64,000 bases of DNA from Candidatus Omnitrophota bacterium (GCA_043821445.1 JBDRCT010000005.1:2593-66592); one strand, 5' to 3'; positions 16,018 through 26,729 are shown, counted from the stretch's first letter. The notes: generated from the sequence alone by a model not told the origin. Numbers and translations: made by a program.

Positions 16018-16467
16018 ATGAACGAACGGGAAACGTTTGTAGCGAACTTCAGAGAACTTCACCCGAAGTTCTCCCGTATGTATGCCCAGATGCTGGACCG
16101 GGTCGATCTGACGTTGCCGCAATACACTCTTCTTTATCAACTTATGCTGCTCGGCTCCGTTTCCATGACCGAGATCAGCGGCCGCCTTGAGATCACAAAG
16201 CCTGCCGTCACGAACCTTGTGGACCGGCTCGAAGAGAAAAAATGTCTGAAACGCGTCCCCCACGTTGAAGACCGGCGTGTCATCTTGCTGGAGATCCTTC
16301 CGAAAGGGAAAAAGATCATCACGGAGATCCAGGGACAAAGTCTCGGTCTTCTTCTGAAAGCCTACGATCAATTCAGTGAAAAAGAGCACCAAGTCATTAG
16401 CCGCTTCTACCTAACAGTATCAAAAGTTATGGACGATTTTCTATTGAGGTCTAAAAATGAAAACTAA
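16018..16467 (+). CDS. MarR family transcriptional regulator
   Basis: LTLPQY, ITKPAVTNLVDRLE, EDRRV; ATG at 16018 follows AGGAGA. Confidence 0.92.
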   Translation: MNERETFVANFRELHPKFSRMYAQMLDRVDLTLPQYTLLYQLMLLGSVSMTEISGRLEITKPAVTNLVDRLEEKKCLKRVPHVEDRRVILLEILPKGKKIITEIQGQSLGLLLKAYDQFSEKEHQVISRFYLTVSKVMDDFLLRSKNEN

Positions 16468-17749
16468 AAAATTCCTGATCTTTTGCCTCACGCTGGTGAT
16501 CTCGACCTTGCCCGTCGCTCGGGCGGAAGAAAAAACTTCCCCGGCCCTGGGCCCCACGCTTTCTCTGGAAGAATGTTACCGCCTCGCACTGATCCAAAGC
16601 GAAACCGTGGCGATCCAGAAAGAGGCCATTTCCCGCGCCACGGCTCAGATATTCAATGCGGCGAGCCAGGGACTTGGCAATGTGGACTTCATCGTCAATC
16701 GCACAATTCAAGACGACCAAAAAAGCAACTTGACCGGAGACTTCATAGGAGATCCGAACGTACACGAAAGTAAGTTCACGATTAGTCAGCCGCTTTTCCA
16801 GGGTTTCAAAGCGATCGGGGCTTTAACGGGTGCCGGAAGTTATCGGCGGGAGCAAACGGAAGCATGGATCCGTGCTAAAGAACTTCTTTATACGGACGTG
16901 GCCCGCGCTTTTTATAATGTTCTTCGATATGAAAAGGAGATCGAGATCAACCAGGGCATCGAAGAACTTCTCCAAAAGCGGATCCAAGAATTGGAGGAAC
17001 GCGAAAAGATAGGTCGCTCGCGCTTAAGCGAAGTGATCACGGCTCAGACAAATCTTAAAATACTGGAGGCGGATCTGGCTGCCGCCCGGGGAGCCCTCGC
17101 AACGGTCCGTTATCTCCTGGAATTCCTGACAGGGACCGATCTTGAGGGACGGAAGCTCCAGGAAGAAGCTACGGAGGAAGTTTCTTCACAAACACTTACC
17201 GAGCATCTCAAAATGGCCGGGGTACGATCCGATGTCAAGGCCGCGGAACAAGCGGTCAAGACGGCTTGGCGCGGCATCCTCGTCGCCCAAAGCGGGTTCT
17301 GGCCCACGATCACGCTGGACCACAATCAATACATGCGTCGCGAAGGGACTTTGTCGAACCTGGATTGGGACACACTTTTCAAGTTCGACGTGCCTCTCTT
17401 TTCGGGCGGCGAAACGGTCGGACAAGTCAAAGATTCCATCGGCATCCTAAAACAGAAAAAACTTCATTTTTCCCTCGCCAAACGTCAAGCGGAGCTCGAG
17501 ATCAAGCAGAGCTATCAGATCTGGGTTTCTGCCAAGGAAACGAATGATCTTTTGAAGGAAGCGGTTCGGGATGCCGAGAACAATTACGCGATCCAATCCG
17601 AGGAATACACCCGCAGTCTCGTAAACAACCTGGACGTCCTCGCAGCCCTAGAATCCCTTCATAACACACGGCAACGCCAGAATTTGACTTATTACGTCAT
17701 GAAGCAGGACGAGGCGGCTTTCCGGGTCGCGATTGGACAAGTGTCATGA
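16457..17749 (+). CDS. TolC family outer-membrane efflux protein
   Basis: Signal peptide, LSLEECYRLAL, ISQPLFQG, FDVPLFSGG, helical OEP repeats. Confidence 0.9.
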   Translation: MKTKKFLIFCLTLVISTLPVARAEEKTSPALGPTLSLEECYRLALIQSETVAIQKEAISRATAQIFNAASQGLGNVDFIVNRTIQDDQKSNLTGDFIGDPNVHESKFTISQPLFQGFKAIGALTGAGSYRREQTEAWIRAKELLYTDVARAFYNVLRYEKEIEINQGIEELLQKRIQELEEREKIGRSRLSEVITAQTNLKILEADLAAARGALATVRYLLEFLTGTDLEGRKLQEEATEEVSSQTLTEHLKMAGVRSDVKAAEQAVKTAWRGILVAQSGFWPTITLDHNQYMRREGTLSNLDWDTLFKFDVPLFSGGETVGQVKDSIGILKQKKLHFSLAKRQAELEIKQSYQIWVSAKETNDLLKEAVRDAENNYAIQSEEYTRSLVNNLDVLAALESLHNTRQRQNLTYYVMKQDEAAFRVAIGQVS

Positions 17750-17855
17750 ACCCCGTAACCTCCTTTGACCCAATGGAGCTATCACAATATTTTATAAATG
17801 TACGGCCCGATATTGTTCCCCACCTTAAACCCATAGATTTTGTGGGAGGTACGGG

Positions 17856-20800
17856 GTGAATCTTTCCGAGATCTCCATAAAAAATCCTGTGTTCGCCTGG
17901 ATGCTGATGCTCGCCCTGATGGTCTTCGGCGTTTTGGGCTGCCACGGCATGGGCGTCGGACAGATGCCGGACGTGGACTTCCCCGTGCTTAATGTGAGTG
18001 TGACCTGGGAAGGCGCCGCACCTGAGGTGATGGAAAGCGACGTCGTCGATATCATTGAAGATTCGGTCATGGGGATCCAGGGACTCCGCGACATCTCTTC
18101 CTCTTCTGCGGAGGGAAAAGCCAGCATCAAACTCGAGTTCGACCTTGATCGTGATATTGACGTCGCACTTCAAGAGGTCCAAAGCAAGATCTCGGAGTCC
18201 CGCCGCAGGCTCCCGGCCGACGTCGACCCCCCGATCATCCAGAAATTCAATCCTGAGGACCAACCGATCATGTGGCTATCGATCACCTCGGACCTGCCTC
18301 TGAAGGACCTCATGGATTATGTCGACCGGAGCATCAAGGACCGTTTTAAGACCGTCCCCGGCGTCGGCGAGATCTTCCTCGGCGGGTTCCTCGAACGGAA
18401 CCTCCGCGTGTGGATCGACACCAAGAAACTTCTCGCATACCAGCTCACGGTCGAGGACGTAATCTCCGCGATCCAGACCGAGCACATCGAGATCCCCGCC
18501 GGAAAATTAGAAACCCCGGAAAAGGAATCCTCGGTCCGTGCGATGGGAGAGGCCCGGTCCGTTGAAGAATTCGAAAAGATCGTCATCAATAACCGTGATG
18601 GAAAACCCATTTACCGTCCGATCAAATTAAGCGAGGTCGCCAGGATCGAGGACGGCCTTGCGGACCTCCGGAGGATGTCGCGCACCGGAGGACAGCCGTC
18701 CGTCGGCCTCGGGATCCGGAAGCAACGGGGCGCCAACACCGTCGCCGTGGCCGAAGGCGTCCGAAAACGGCTCACGGAAATTCAGCGTGAACTTTCGAAG
18801 GATTTTTCGATCGGGATCAATTTCGACTCGAGCAAATTCATCTCGGACAGCGTCCATGAGCTTTTCCTGACACTCATCCTCTCCGCCGTTCTCACGTCCC
18901 TGGTGTGCTGGCTTTTTCTGGGCTCATGGAGCTCGAACATGAATATCCTGCTCGCCATTCCGACCTCGATCCTCGGAACCTTTATCGTGATGAAATTCGC
19001 GGGCTTCACCATGAACATATTCACCTTGCTGGGGCTCTCGCTCGCGATCGGTATTATCGTGGACGACGCCATCATGGTGCTTGAAAATATCGTCCGTCAC
19101 CGCGAGATGGGCGAAGGCAAGGTCGACGCCGCGCTGAACGGTTCGAGGGAGATCACTTTTGCGGCGCTTGCGGCGACACTGGCGATCGTGGCGATCTTTA
19201 TTCCTGTCGTCTTCATGAAAGGCATCATCGGAAAATTCTTCCTTCAGTTCGGGGTTACGATCACCGCCGCGGTTTTTCTTTCTCTTCTTGAAGCTCTGAC
19301 GCTCGCACCGATGCGGTGTTCTCAATTACTTGAGATCGGGGAACGTAAGACCCGGTTCGGCAGGGCTTTTGAACATGGCTTGGTCAAACTCAAAGAGCTT
19401 TATGGCAAAGGCCTTGTCCTGACCCTCAAACACAGGTGGAAAGTTCTTTTTCTTTCGTTCGTTTTTTGTATCGCCTCGTATATGATCACGGCCCCCCTGC
19501 TCAGAAAAGAATTCGTCCCGGCGCAGGACCAGAGCATGTTCCTGGTCGCCTTGGAAACGCCCATTGGCTCTTCGGTTTATTTCACGAGTGAACGGTTCAA
19601 GGTCGTCGAGGAATTCGCCATGAAGAACCCCTGCGTCAAACGCTATTTTTGTGTCATTGGCATACGCATGGGAGGCATCGAAGGAGAGGTCAATGCGGGC
19701 ATGCTCTTCGTGACCCTCAAGCAACCGAAAGACCGGCCTTATGATCCGAAACTGAAGCGGCGCCCGACCCAGCAAGATATCATGAACGAGTTCCGGACCG
19801 GCATCAACAAGATCCCGGACGTGAAGGCGATCATGCAGGACCTTTCCACGCGCGGATTCTCGGCCACACGCGGATACCCCATCGAATTCTCGATCCGGGG
19901 CCCCAATTGGGACAAATTGATCGAATACGCTCAGGTGATCCAGGACAAGATGCAAAAGAGCCCCTATTTTCAGGATATCGACAGCGATTACCGCTCCGGC
20001 CTCACGGAAGTACGGATCACTCCGGACCGTGACAAGGCCTTCGACCATGCCGCGAGTATCGAAACGATCGCCCGCACGGTGAACGCTATGATAGGTGGCG
20101 AGCGCGTGGCGAAATATACGCAGGACGGAAGGCGCTACGATGTCCGGGTCAAAGCGAACGACCAGGACCGCAGAAGCATCGAGAACATCAAGGACCTTTG
20201 GATATGGAATAACCGCGGCGAAATGGTCCAACTCGACGATGTCGTCAGGATCACGGAGCGCCCCAGTCTCTTAAGCATCACCCGGCAGGGCCGCGAACGC
20301 GCGATCAGTATTTACGCGAGCGAGGCGACCGGCAAGTCTCTCGCGACCGTCATTCAGGAAGCCAAAAAGATCGCCGAAGAGACGCTTCCGTACCCCTACC
20401 GTGTCGTCTTTAGCGGAACGAGCCAGACCTTCAAGGAATCCATGATGAGCCTCATCTTCGCGCTTGTCATGGGCATCGTCGTCGCCTACATGATCCTGGC
20501 TTCTCAATTCAATCACATCATTCACCCGATCACGGTCCTTCTGGCGCTCCCCTTCAGTCTCGTGGGCGCCTTCTGGGCGCTTTTGATCACAAACCAGTCC
20601 CTCAGCATCTTCAGCTTCATCGGTCTTTTGTTGCTGATGGGGATCGTGAAAAAAAACTCCATTCTGCTCGTGGATTTCACCAATCAGATGCGAACCCGGG
20701 GTATGAACACTTACGATGCGCTCCTCACCGCCTGCCCGATCCGGTTACGCCCGATCATCATGACTTCCGTCGCCACCATCGCGGCCGCAGTCCCTCCGGC

Positions 20801-21008
20801 CCTCGCGCTCGGCCCCGGTGCAGAGACCCGTATCCCGATGGGCGTCGCGATCATCGGCGGCGTGTTCGTTTCAACGATCCTGACACTCTTCGTCGTGCCC
20901 TCATTTTATTTAGTTTGCGACAAACTCGAGCAAAAAGGCTCCTTCACCTTGATCCTCGCCGCTCTCAAGGACAAACTCTCCCACCATTGTCCCAGGAAAT
21001 CCTCCTGA
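17856..21008 (+). CDS. RND efflux permease (AcrB/AcrD/AcrF family)
   Basis: GIIVDDAIMVLENI, GIVKKNSILLVDF, RLRPIIMTS; 1050 aa; GTG start after GGAGGT. Confidence 0.96.
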   Translation: MNLSEISIKNPVFAWMLMLALMVFGVLGCHGMGVGQMPDVDFPVLNVSVTWEGAAPEVMESDVVDIIEDSVMGIQGLRDISSSSAEGKASIKLEFDLDRDIDVALQEVQSKISESRRRLPADVDPPIIQKFNPEDQPIMWLSITSDLPLKDLMDYVDRSIKDRFKTVPGVGEIFLGGFLERNLRVWIDTKKLLAYQLTVEDVISAIQTEHIEIPAGKLETPEKESSVRAMGEARSVEEFEKIVINNRDGKPIYRPIKLSEVARIEDGLADLRRMSRTGGQPSVGLGIRKQRGANTVAVAEGVRKRLTEIQRELSKDFSIGINFDSSKFISDSVHELFLTLILSAVLTSLVCWLFLGSWSSNMNILLAIPTSILGTFIVMKFAGFTMNIFTLLGLSLAIGIIVDDAIMVLENIVRHREMGEGKVDAALNGSREITFAALAATLAIVAIFIPVVFMKGIIGKFFLQFGVTITAAVFLSLLEALTLAPMRCSQLLEIGERKTRFGRAFEHGLVKLKELYGKGLVLTLKHRWKVLFLSFVFCIASYMITAPLLRKEFVPAQDQSMFLVALETPIGSSVYFTSERFKVVEEFAMKNPCVKRYFCVIGIRMGGIEGEVNAGMLFVTLKQPKDRPYDPKLKRRPTQQDIMNEFRTGINKIPDVKAIMQDLSTRGFSATRGYPIEFSIRGPNWDKLIEYAQVIQDKMQKSPYFQDIDSDYRSGLTEVRITPDRDKAFDHAASIETIARTVNAMIGGERVAKYTQDGRRYDVRVKANDQDRRSIENIKDLWIWNNRGEMVQLDDVVRITERPSLLSITRQGRERAISIYASEATGKSLATVIQEAKKIAEETLPYPYRVVFSGTSQTFKESMMSLIFALVMGIVVAYMILASQFNHIIHPITVLLALPFSLVGAFWALLITNQSLSIFSFIGLLLLMGIVKKNSILLVDFTNQMRTRGMNTYDALLTACPIRLRPIIMTSVATIAAAVPPALALGPGAETRIPMGVAIIGGVFVSTILTLFVVPSFYLVCDKLEQKGSFTLILAALKDKLSHHCPRKSS

Positions 21009-21061
21009 CGCCCTCCCATTTTCCGCTTTCCTTCAAGACGCTCCTTCTTTAACATACGAAC

Positions 21062-21673
21062 ATGAATTGGGAACTCGTGATGCAACCCCTTTTAGCCGGG
21101 CTCTCGGTGGGGGCGTTCTGTCTCACCTATTGCTTTCCGTTCATGGGCGTTTTCTTCGGCGCGGAAGAACGCAGCCCCAAGAGAAACCTCTTTGTCCTCC
21201 TTGAATTCCTGGCGGGACGCCTGATGGGCTATCTATGTTTCGGCCTGCTTGTGGGCTACCTCGGAGAGAAATTCGATCCCCGGTGGCTGCGCCGCGCCAC
21301 GGATATCTCCTTTATCGTGTTATCGCTTGTACTTCTTTTTTATCTCCTCGGCCTTGTGCGTGAAAAGAGCCTCTGCCCGACCCCGAAATGGCTAAAGGCC
21401 CGGAGCCCTTTAGTGATGGGCTTCTTCATGGGGATCAATCTTTGCCCGCCGTTCCTGCTGTCCGTCGCCTATGTTTTTCAGCAACAAAGCCCCCTTTATG
21501 GCATGTTCTACTTCGCGCTTTTCTTCCTGGCGAGCTCCGTCTATTTCCTGCCTCTTTTATCCGTGGGGTTTGCTTCCAAAATTCAAGAGCTCAGGATCAT
21601 GGCCCGCATCAGCGGCTTTCTCGTAGCCACCCTATTTTTCATTTACGGGATCTATTCAATCGTTCATAATTAG
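21062..21673 (+). CDS. TauE/SafE or DsbD_2-like membrane protein
   Basis: About 6 TM segments, CLTYCFP, GRLMGY, GINLCPP. Confidence 0.7.
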   Translation: MNWELVMQPLLAGLSVGAFCLTYCFPFMGVFFGAEERSPKRNLFVLLEFLAGRLMGYLCFGLLVGYLGEKFDPRWLRRATDISFIVLSLVLLFYLLGLVREKSLCPTPKWLKARSPLVMGFFMGINLCPPFLLSVAYVFQQQSPLYGMFYFALFFLASSVYFLPLLSVGFASKIQELRIMARISGFLVATLFFIYGIYSIVHN

Positions 21674-21728
21674 CACCGGAAAGGAATTCAAGCCATGAAC
21701 CCCGTCGCACTCGCCAACGATCTTAAAG

Positions 21729-23339
21729 ATGGAGACCGCCCCGATGGAGAAAAAATCCAAGGCGTCCGGAAATAACTTCCCTCCACGAACATTCACTGCG
21801 TGTTTAACGGGGCTTGCCATCCTTTCTCTCGCATTCACCTTTACTTTTCCCGGAACTAAAGAAAAAAGCGAAGATGAGCATGTCCGCAAAGCGGCTGTGG
21901 CCGGCGCATTTTATCCCGGGGGTAAAGCGGCCCTCGAAAAATACGTGGACACGCTTTTGCGCGAGGCCCATCCTCCCGAGATCAAGGAACCGATCCGCGC
22001 GATCATGGTGCCGCATGCCGGATACGTTTATTCCGCCCCTGTCGCAGCCTATGCCTATAAGGAACTCGAAGGCCGGGACATCCGGACCGTGGTGCTTCTC
22101 TGTAACAGTCACCGGCATTTTCTGGACGGGATCGCGATCTACGGGAAAGGAAGTTTTGAAACGCCGCTCGGCCGGGTACCGATCGATGAGGAAAAAACCG
22201 AAAAACTCCTTGCCTCATCTCCGAAGATCATGGACCGGCCGGACATCCACGAAGGGGACCACGTCCTTGAAGTGCAACTCCCCTTCCTCCAGCGCGTTTT
22301 GAAAGATTTTAAGATCGTTCCCCTGCTTTTCGGAAGCGATGATCCCGAACTTTCCAAAATCCTCACAGACGCCTTAAAGACGGTCATGGATGATACAACG
22401 CTCCTCGTTGCGAGCACAGACATGTCTCACTACCCGCCTTACGAGAACGCCACGACTGCGGACCGTGAAACCCTGCAAGCCATCCAAACCGGACGGGCGG
22501 ACGCATTGGACGCCATCCTCAAACAACACGCCTCGGAAGGGGTCCCGAACGCGGACACTTTTCTGTGCGGCGCAAGCGGTGTGCGAACGGTCCTGCTTCT
22601 CACCCAAGCGCTCGGCCCCACAACCCCCGTTTATTTAAAATATGCGAATTCCGGAGATACCTCGGGTGATAAAAACCGCGTGGTCGGCTACGGCGCGGTC
22701 GCTTTTGTCGCAAAGCAAAGCACGATGCCCGCAGCGCCGCTACCCGCGACCGAAGAAAAGAAAAACGTAACGGATGAACAAGGGATGACCGCGGAAGAAA
22801 AGAAAGAACTTCTCCAGATCGCGCGCACCACCGTAGAAGGTTTTGTCCAAACCTGGAAAGTTCCCGACTTCTCCCCCGCTTCGGCGACTCTCAGGCAACC
22901 GCTTGGCGCTTTTGTAACGTTGAGAATGAATGGCAAACTTCGTGGCTGCATCGGCCGGTTCAACCCTTCGGGGCCCCTCTATCTTATGGTCCAGCAAATG
23001 GCCATTTCCGCGGCCTCGCAGGACCCACGGTTCAAGCCGGTAAGCACGAATGAACTCGGGCAATTGGAATATGAGATCTCGGTCCTAAGCCCGCTCAGAA
23101 AAATCGAAGCGGCAGACGAGATCGAACTTGGAAAGCACGGCGTTCAAGTCTCGAAAGGATCTCATCACGGCGTGTTCCTGCCGCAAGTCGCGACCGAGAC
23201 GGGATGGAGCAAGGAAGATTTCCTGGGCGAACTTTGCTCCCAGAAAGCCGGATTGCCCAGGGACTGCTGGAAAGATCCGGATGTGCGCTTAGAGGTCTTT
23301 TCGGCCGAGGTCTTTTCGGAAGAGAAAGAGCAGCGTTAA
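21729..23339 (+). CDS. AmmeMemoRadiSam protein B-A fusion (MEMO1 + AMMECR1 domains)
   Basis: MEMO: AVAGAFYP, PHAGYVYS, HVLEVQLPFL, ASTDMSHY, YANSGD, VVGY. AMMECR1: GAFVTL, LRGCIG, DPRF, EISVLSP, GVFLPQVA. Confidence 0.92.
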   Translation: METAPMEKKSKASGNNFPPRTFTACLTGLAILSLAFTFTFPGTKEKSEDEHVRKAAVAGAFYPGGKAALEKYVDTLLREAHPPEIKEPIRAIMVPHAGYVYSAPVAAYAYKELEGRDIRTVVLLCNSHRHFLDGIAIYGKGSFETPLGRVPIDEEKTEKLLASSPKIMDRPDIHEGDHVLEVQLPFLQRVLKDFKIVPLLFGSDDPELSKILTDALKTVMDDTTLLVASTDMSHYPPYENATTADRETLQAIQTGRADALDAILKQHASEGVPNADTFLCGASGVRTVLLLTQALGPTTPVYLKYANSGDTSGDKNRVVGYGAVAFVAKQSTMPAAPLPATEEKKNVTDEQGMTAEEKKELLQIARTTVEGFVQTWKVPDFSPASATLRQPLGAFVTLRMNGKLRGCIGRFNPSGPLYLMVQQMAISAASQDPRFKPVSTNELGQLEYEISVLSPLRKIEAADEIELGKHGVQVSKGSHHGVFLPQVATETGWSKEDFLGELCSQKAGLPRDCWKDPDVRLEVFSAEVFSEEKEQR

Positions 23340-25553
23340 AAGAACGTTCGCGGATCCTAAAAATATCAGCGTTTGCGGGACCCCCCAAATCGGAATGAAA
23401 AATCCCGCGGTCATAAGGGCGCCCAATGCCGAACCCCAAAGATCCGCCGCATAAATGCTTCCAAGACGGTCTCCCTTACCCCGGGTGAGATAAAGGCGGT
23501 TCGCAAACGGAAAGATGGCCCCGGTCGCAAGACCGCCCCAAAGCGCCACCCCTAAAAAGGCGTACTGATAGGTTTCCCCAAGAAAAACCCCCTTCGAAAA
23601 GATCCGTACGCACACTTTGATCAGCAAAAAGAAAAATGCTGCGTTCATCACGTGGAGCATCGCAAGAGCGAACCTCTCCGGGATCTTCTTCAAACTCATG
23701 GCCGCCCAGGTTCCCGCCCCCAACCCCGCCATGAACGCTGTGATCACCCAGGCCAGCTGGTAATAAAGGTCCCCAAAGGCCGCCTGAAAAAGATAGATCA
23801 CTATGATCTCACACGCCATCAGAGAAAAACCGGCGGTCCCCATACTGACAAGCGCGAGTTTACGCACCCGCTTCATGGACTCCCGTGTGAATGCACTAAG
23901 AATCAAGATCATGAATAAGCCCGCCGTCAAAACGACCGGAAAAGGAAGGGTGGCCAGAAAAAAGAACATCCCGGTGATCGTGGGATTGAACTGGCTGAGC
24001 CACCGGAGAAATTCAAAATAACAAGTGCGCGGCCTCAGATCGGTGTTCTTGGTCTTCCATATCGCATTACGGAAAACCGCTGCGACACGCTCCACGCGAT
24101 CATTCGTGAAACGATAGCGGATCTGGTTTGCCGTCACGAAGTCGGGCTTGATCTTCCGCCCGGAAAGGCGGTCGATCATCTCCTCGGGACTCAAAAAAGA
24201 CGCGCTCTCTCGTGAGGCTAAAAAGAAAAGCGTATCTTCCGGAAGCACTTTCACGGACGGGAAAACTTGGCTGAGCGTCGCGTAAACCGAACTGCCGAGC
24301 CGTTCCAGTTCCGGGGTCATGGTATTCGCCGAAAACGTGATATGGGTCGAGAACACCCCTCCGGACGAAAGATGGGAACGGACGGAACGGAAGAATTGCT
24401 CCGTGTAGTTGCGATTGATGAGCACCGATGCCGGGTCCGGGAAATTCGCGATGATCACATCGAATTTCCCATCTTCGGACCTGAGAAAATCCCTTGGGTC
24501 CGTGGCCCAAAGCCGCACCCGGGGATCGTGAAGGGTCGCCCGGAGATCCTCCGGAAGAAATCCGCGGGTGATCTTCAAAAGCTCAGGATCAAGCTCAACC
24601 GCACAGACCTTTTGGGGGTCATGTTTTAAGATCTGCTGCAAAGGTCCATTGAATCCTGTTCCAAGGAGCAGGACCTTTTGGGGTGCCGGGTGCGCAAGCA
24701 TCGGGAAATGGACAAGATATTCACTCGCAAGGTCTTCCCGGTCCGCCCCCAAAAGCAGGCCGCTTTGATAGAAATTATATTGTGGCCCCAACTGAGTGAC
24801 CGACACATTCCCATGAATGGTATTCTCGGTCCGGATGAGCGTTTCGTTCGGGAACCTTAACTGGGACGTCTGCTGTTGCAAAGAAGCGCTGCTTATAAAA
24901 AGCCATGCCGGAAAAAGGACCGCTGTGAGAACCAAGATCCGCCAAACTTTTTCCTTTTGTTTAAGGAAAACATGAAAAATCCCGCAGGCAACCGCGAGAT
25001 TCAAAACGGCAAGGATCGCCGCCACCCGGAACTCGTTGACAAAAATCAATGCAAAACTGAAAAGAACTCCGCCCGCGATGAATCCAAGGCATTCCCCAAA
25101 ATACGCCCATCCCGCCGCTCCTGCTGATTCCCCTTCCGGCATTTGAGATGCCCGGCTTCTTGCCGCGACAGCAAATTGGATCCCCATCATTCCACAAAGA
25201 GGCATAAGGACCGCAAGCGGGAAAAGAAGAGCCGGTATAAATTCCGGAAGTGCCCCAGCCGGAGTCCCGAGGATCAGTTTACCGGAACGTATGAGAACGA
25301 TCGCAAGGGGAAAAAGAAAAGCCGTGAAAATATGACAGATCGTTAATGAACGAAAGACCCTTTCTGTATCATGAAAGAGTCTCGAGCCCAACACGCTCCC
25401 TAAAGCAGTTCCGAGGAGCCAGCAAAAGAGGATCCAGCCGATGAAAAACTCATTGGCGTAAAAACTCATCGCCAGTTCCCGGATCAGTACCACCTGGGAA
25501 ATAAGCGATGAGAACCCAAGGACACCCAAGGAAAGAATGAGGATCTTTTTCAT
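23289..25553 (-). CDS. Membrane-embedded spermidine-synthase-like (SAM-binding fold) protein
   Basis: TM blocks at both ends flanking a domain with KVLLLGTG, VELDP, FDVIIANFPDP; YAADLWGSALG near the C-terminus. Confidence 0.82.
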   Translation of the reverse strand: MKKILILSLGVLGFSSLISQVVLIRELAMSFYANEFFIGWILFCWLLGTALGSVLGSRLFHDTERVFRSLTICHIFTAFLFPLAIVLIRSGKLILGTPAGALPEFIPALLFPLAVLMPLCGMMGIQFAVAARSRASQMPEGESAGAAGWAYFGECLGFIAGGVLFSFALIFVNEFRVAAILAVLNLAVACGIFHVFLKQKEKVWRILVLTAVLFPAWLFISSASLQQQTSQLRFPNETLIRTENTIHGNVSVTQLGPQYNFYQSGLLLGADREDLASEYLVHFPMLAHPAPQKVLLLGTGFNGPLQQILKHDPQKVCAVELDPELLKITRGFLPEDLRATLHDPRVRLWATDPRDFLRSEDGKFDVIIANFPDPASVLINRNYTEQFFRSVRSHLSSGGVFSTHITFSANTMTPELERLGSSVYATLSQVFPSVKVLPEDTLFFLASRESASFLSPEEMIDRLSGRKIKPDFVTANQIRYRFTNDRVERVAAVFRNAIWKTKNTDLRPRTCYFEFLRWLSQFNPTITGMFFFLATLPFPVVLTAGLFMILILSAFTRESMKRVRKLALVSMGTAGFSLMACEIIVIYLFQAAFGDLYYQLAWVITAFMAGLGAGTWAAMSLKKIPERFALAMLHVMNAAFFFLLIKVCVRIFSKGVFLGETYQYAFLGVALWGGLATGAIFPFANRLYLTRGKGDRLGSIYAADLWGSALGALMTAGFFIPIWGVPQTLIFLGSANVLLTLLFLFRKDLGRKDL

Positions 25554-25634
25554 ATTCCTCTATGATCTGAGCCATCCCCGGAAAAGAGCGCCTGACCTCC
25601 GAAGATAGAACGGATTTTGAACTGAGGATCTGCC

Positions 25635-26465
25635 TTAGGCAACTTTCCCCGATACAATATGGACATCTCTTTGCGGAAACGGGATCGTGATCTTAGCAGC
25701 GATGAGCGCCTTATAGATCGTAAGGTTGATCGCGCAGAGGGTCTGGAAATATTTCGTCATCGGGATCCAGTAGCGGCAACCGATATTGATCGAAGAATCC
25801 CCGAACTCCTGAAGACCTACTTGTGGTTTGGGAGTCTCGGCAACATCTTGGAAACCTGCGATCGTCTTTTGGATCACCCTGATGGCCTTCTCGGGATCAT
25901 CCGAATAGCTGACGCCGACCATGTTTTCCACGATCTTGTACCTGAAGGAATTGTGGATGATCTCCCCCACAATATGTTTATTGGGGATCGTGATCTTCAC
26001 GCCATCTTCATCGGTGAGGATCGTCGAAGCCAGCTTCACTTCCTGAACGACCCCGCTTTGACCTTTCACAACAATGGTATCTCCCACCACGAACGGGTGG
26101 CCCAGAATGATTGAAAGTCCGGCCCCATAATTGGAAAGCGGCCCCTGTAGAGCCATGCTTGCGCCAAAAGCGCCGGCACCGATCATTGCGATCAAAGGCG
26201 TTATCGTGATCCCGAATTTGCCGAGCGCGATCAGGATCGCAAAGGCCAGCACCGACATTTTGGCGCAGCCGGCAATGAATTTTGACAACGTGATATCGAG
26301 TTTTTTCTTTTCGCAAAGTTTGAGAACAACTCCTTGCACCCATTTCCCGACCCAGGCACCGACCACAAGGACAATAATGGCCCCAAGGACTTGGAAGCTG
26401 TAGTTAGTAAGAAATTCGATCGCGGTGTTGATGAACTTCTGTAACGCCGTCACTTCCTTTTCCAT
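25635..26465 (-). CDS. mscS: Small-conductance mechanosensitive channel
   Basis: ALQGPLSNYGAG, PFVVGD, ITIPN, ITIPFPQRDVH; start set at ATG 26465 after GAGGGG. Confidence 0.9.
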   Translation of the reverse strand: MEKEVTALQKFINTAIEFLTNYSFQVLGAIIVLVVGAWVGKWVQGVVLKLCEKKKLDITLSKFIAGCAKMSVLAFAILIALGKFGITITPLIAMIGAGAFGASMALQGPLSNYGAGLSIILGHPFVVGDTIVVKGQSGVVQEVKLASTILTDEDGVKITIPNKHIVGEIIHNSFRYKIVENMVGVSYSDDPEKAIRVIQKTIAGFQDVAETPKPQVGLQEFGDSSINIGCRYWIPMTKYFQTLCAINLTIYKALIAAKITIPFPQRDVHIVSGKVA

Positions 26466-26729
26466 AAATTTCCCCTCAAGCAAGTTTTGAGCTGCGGTTT
26501 GAACGGTGGACGATACCGGCATGTTTTACCTCCGCCATTTTATCACCTGATCATCTCGAGGAAAACGGGTGAATTAAAAACTAAGAGACCGACCGGAAGG
26601 ATTGTATCACATCCCAGCCGAGAGACTCAAAGAGAGCCGCTCCCCTTTTCGGACGGCTTGAGATCTTCATACGCCAGTCATGCTTATGAGAAAAAACGGA
26701 AAGGAAAATGCTATGGAGAAAACTGGAAG

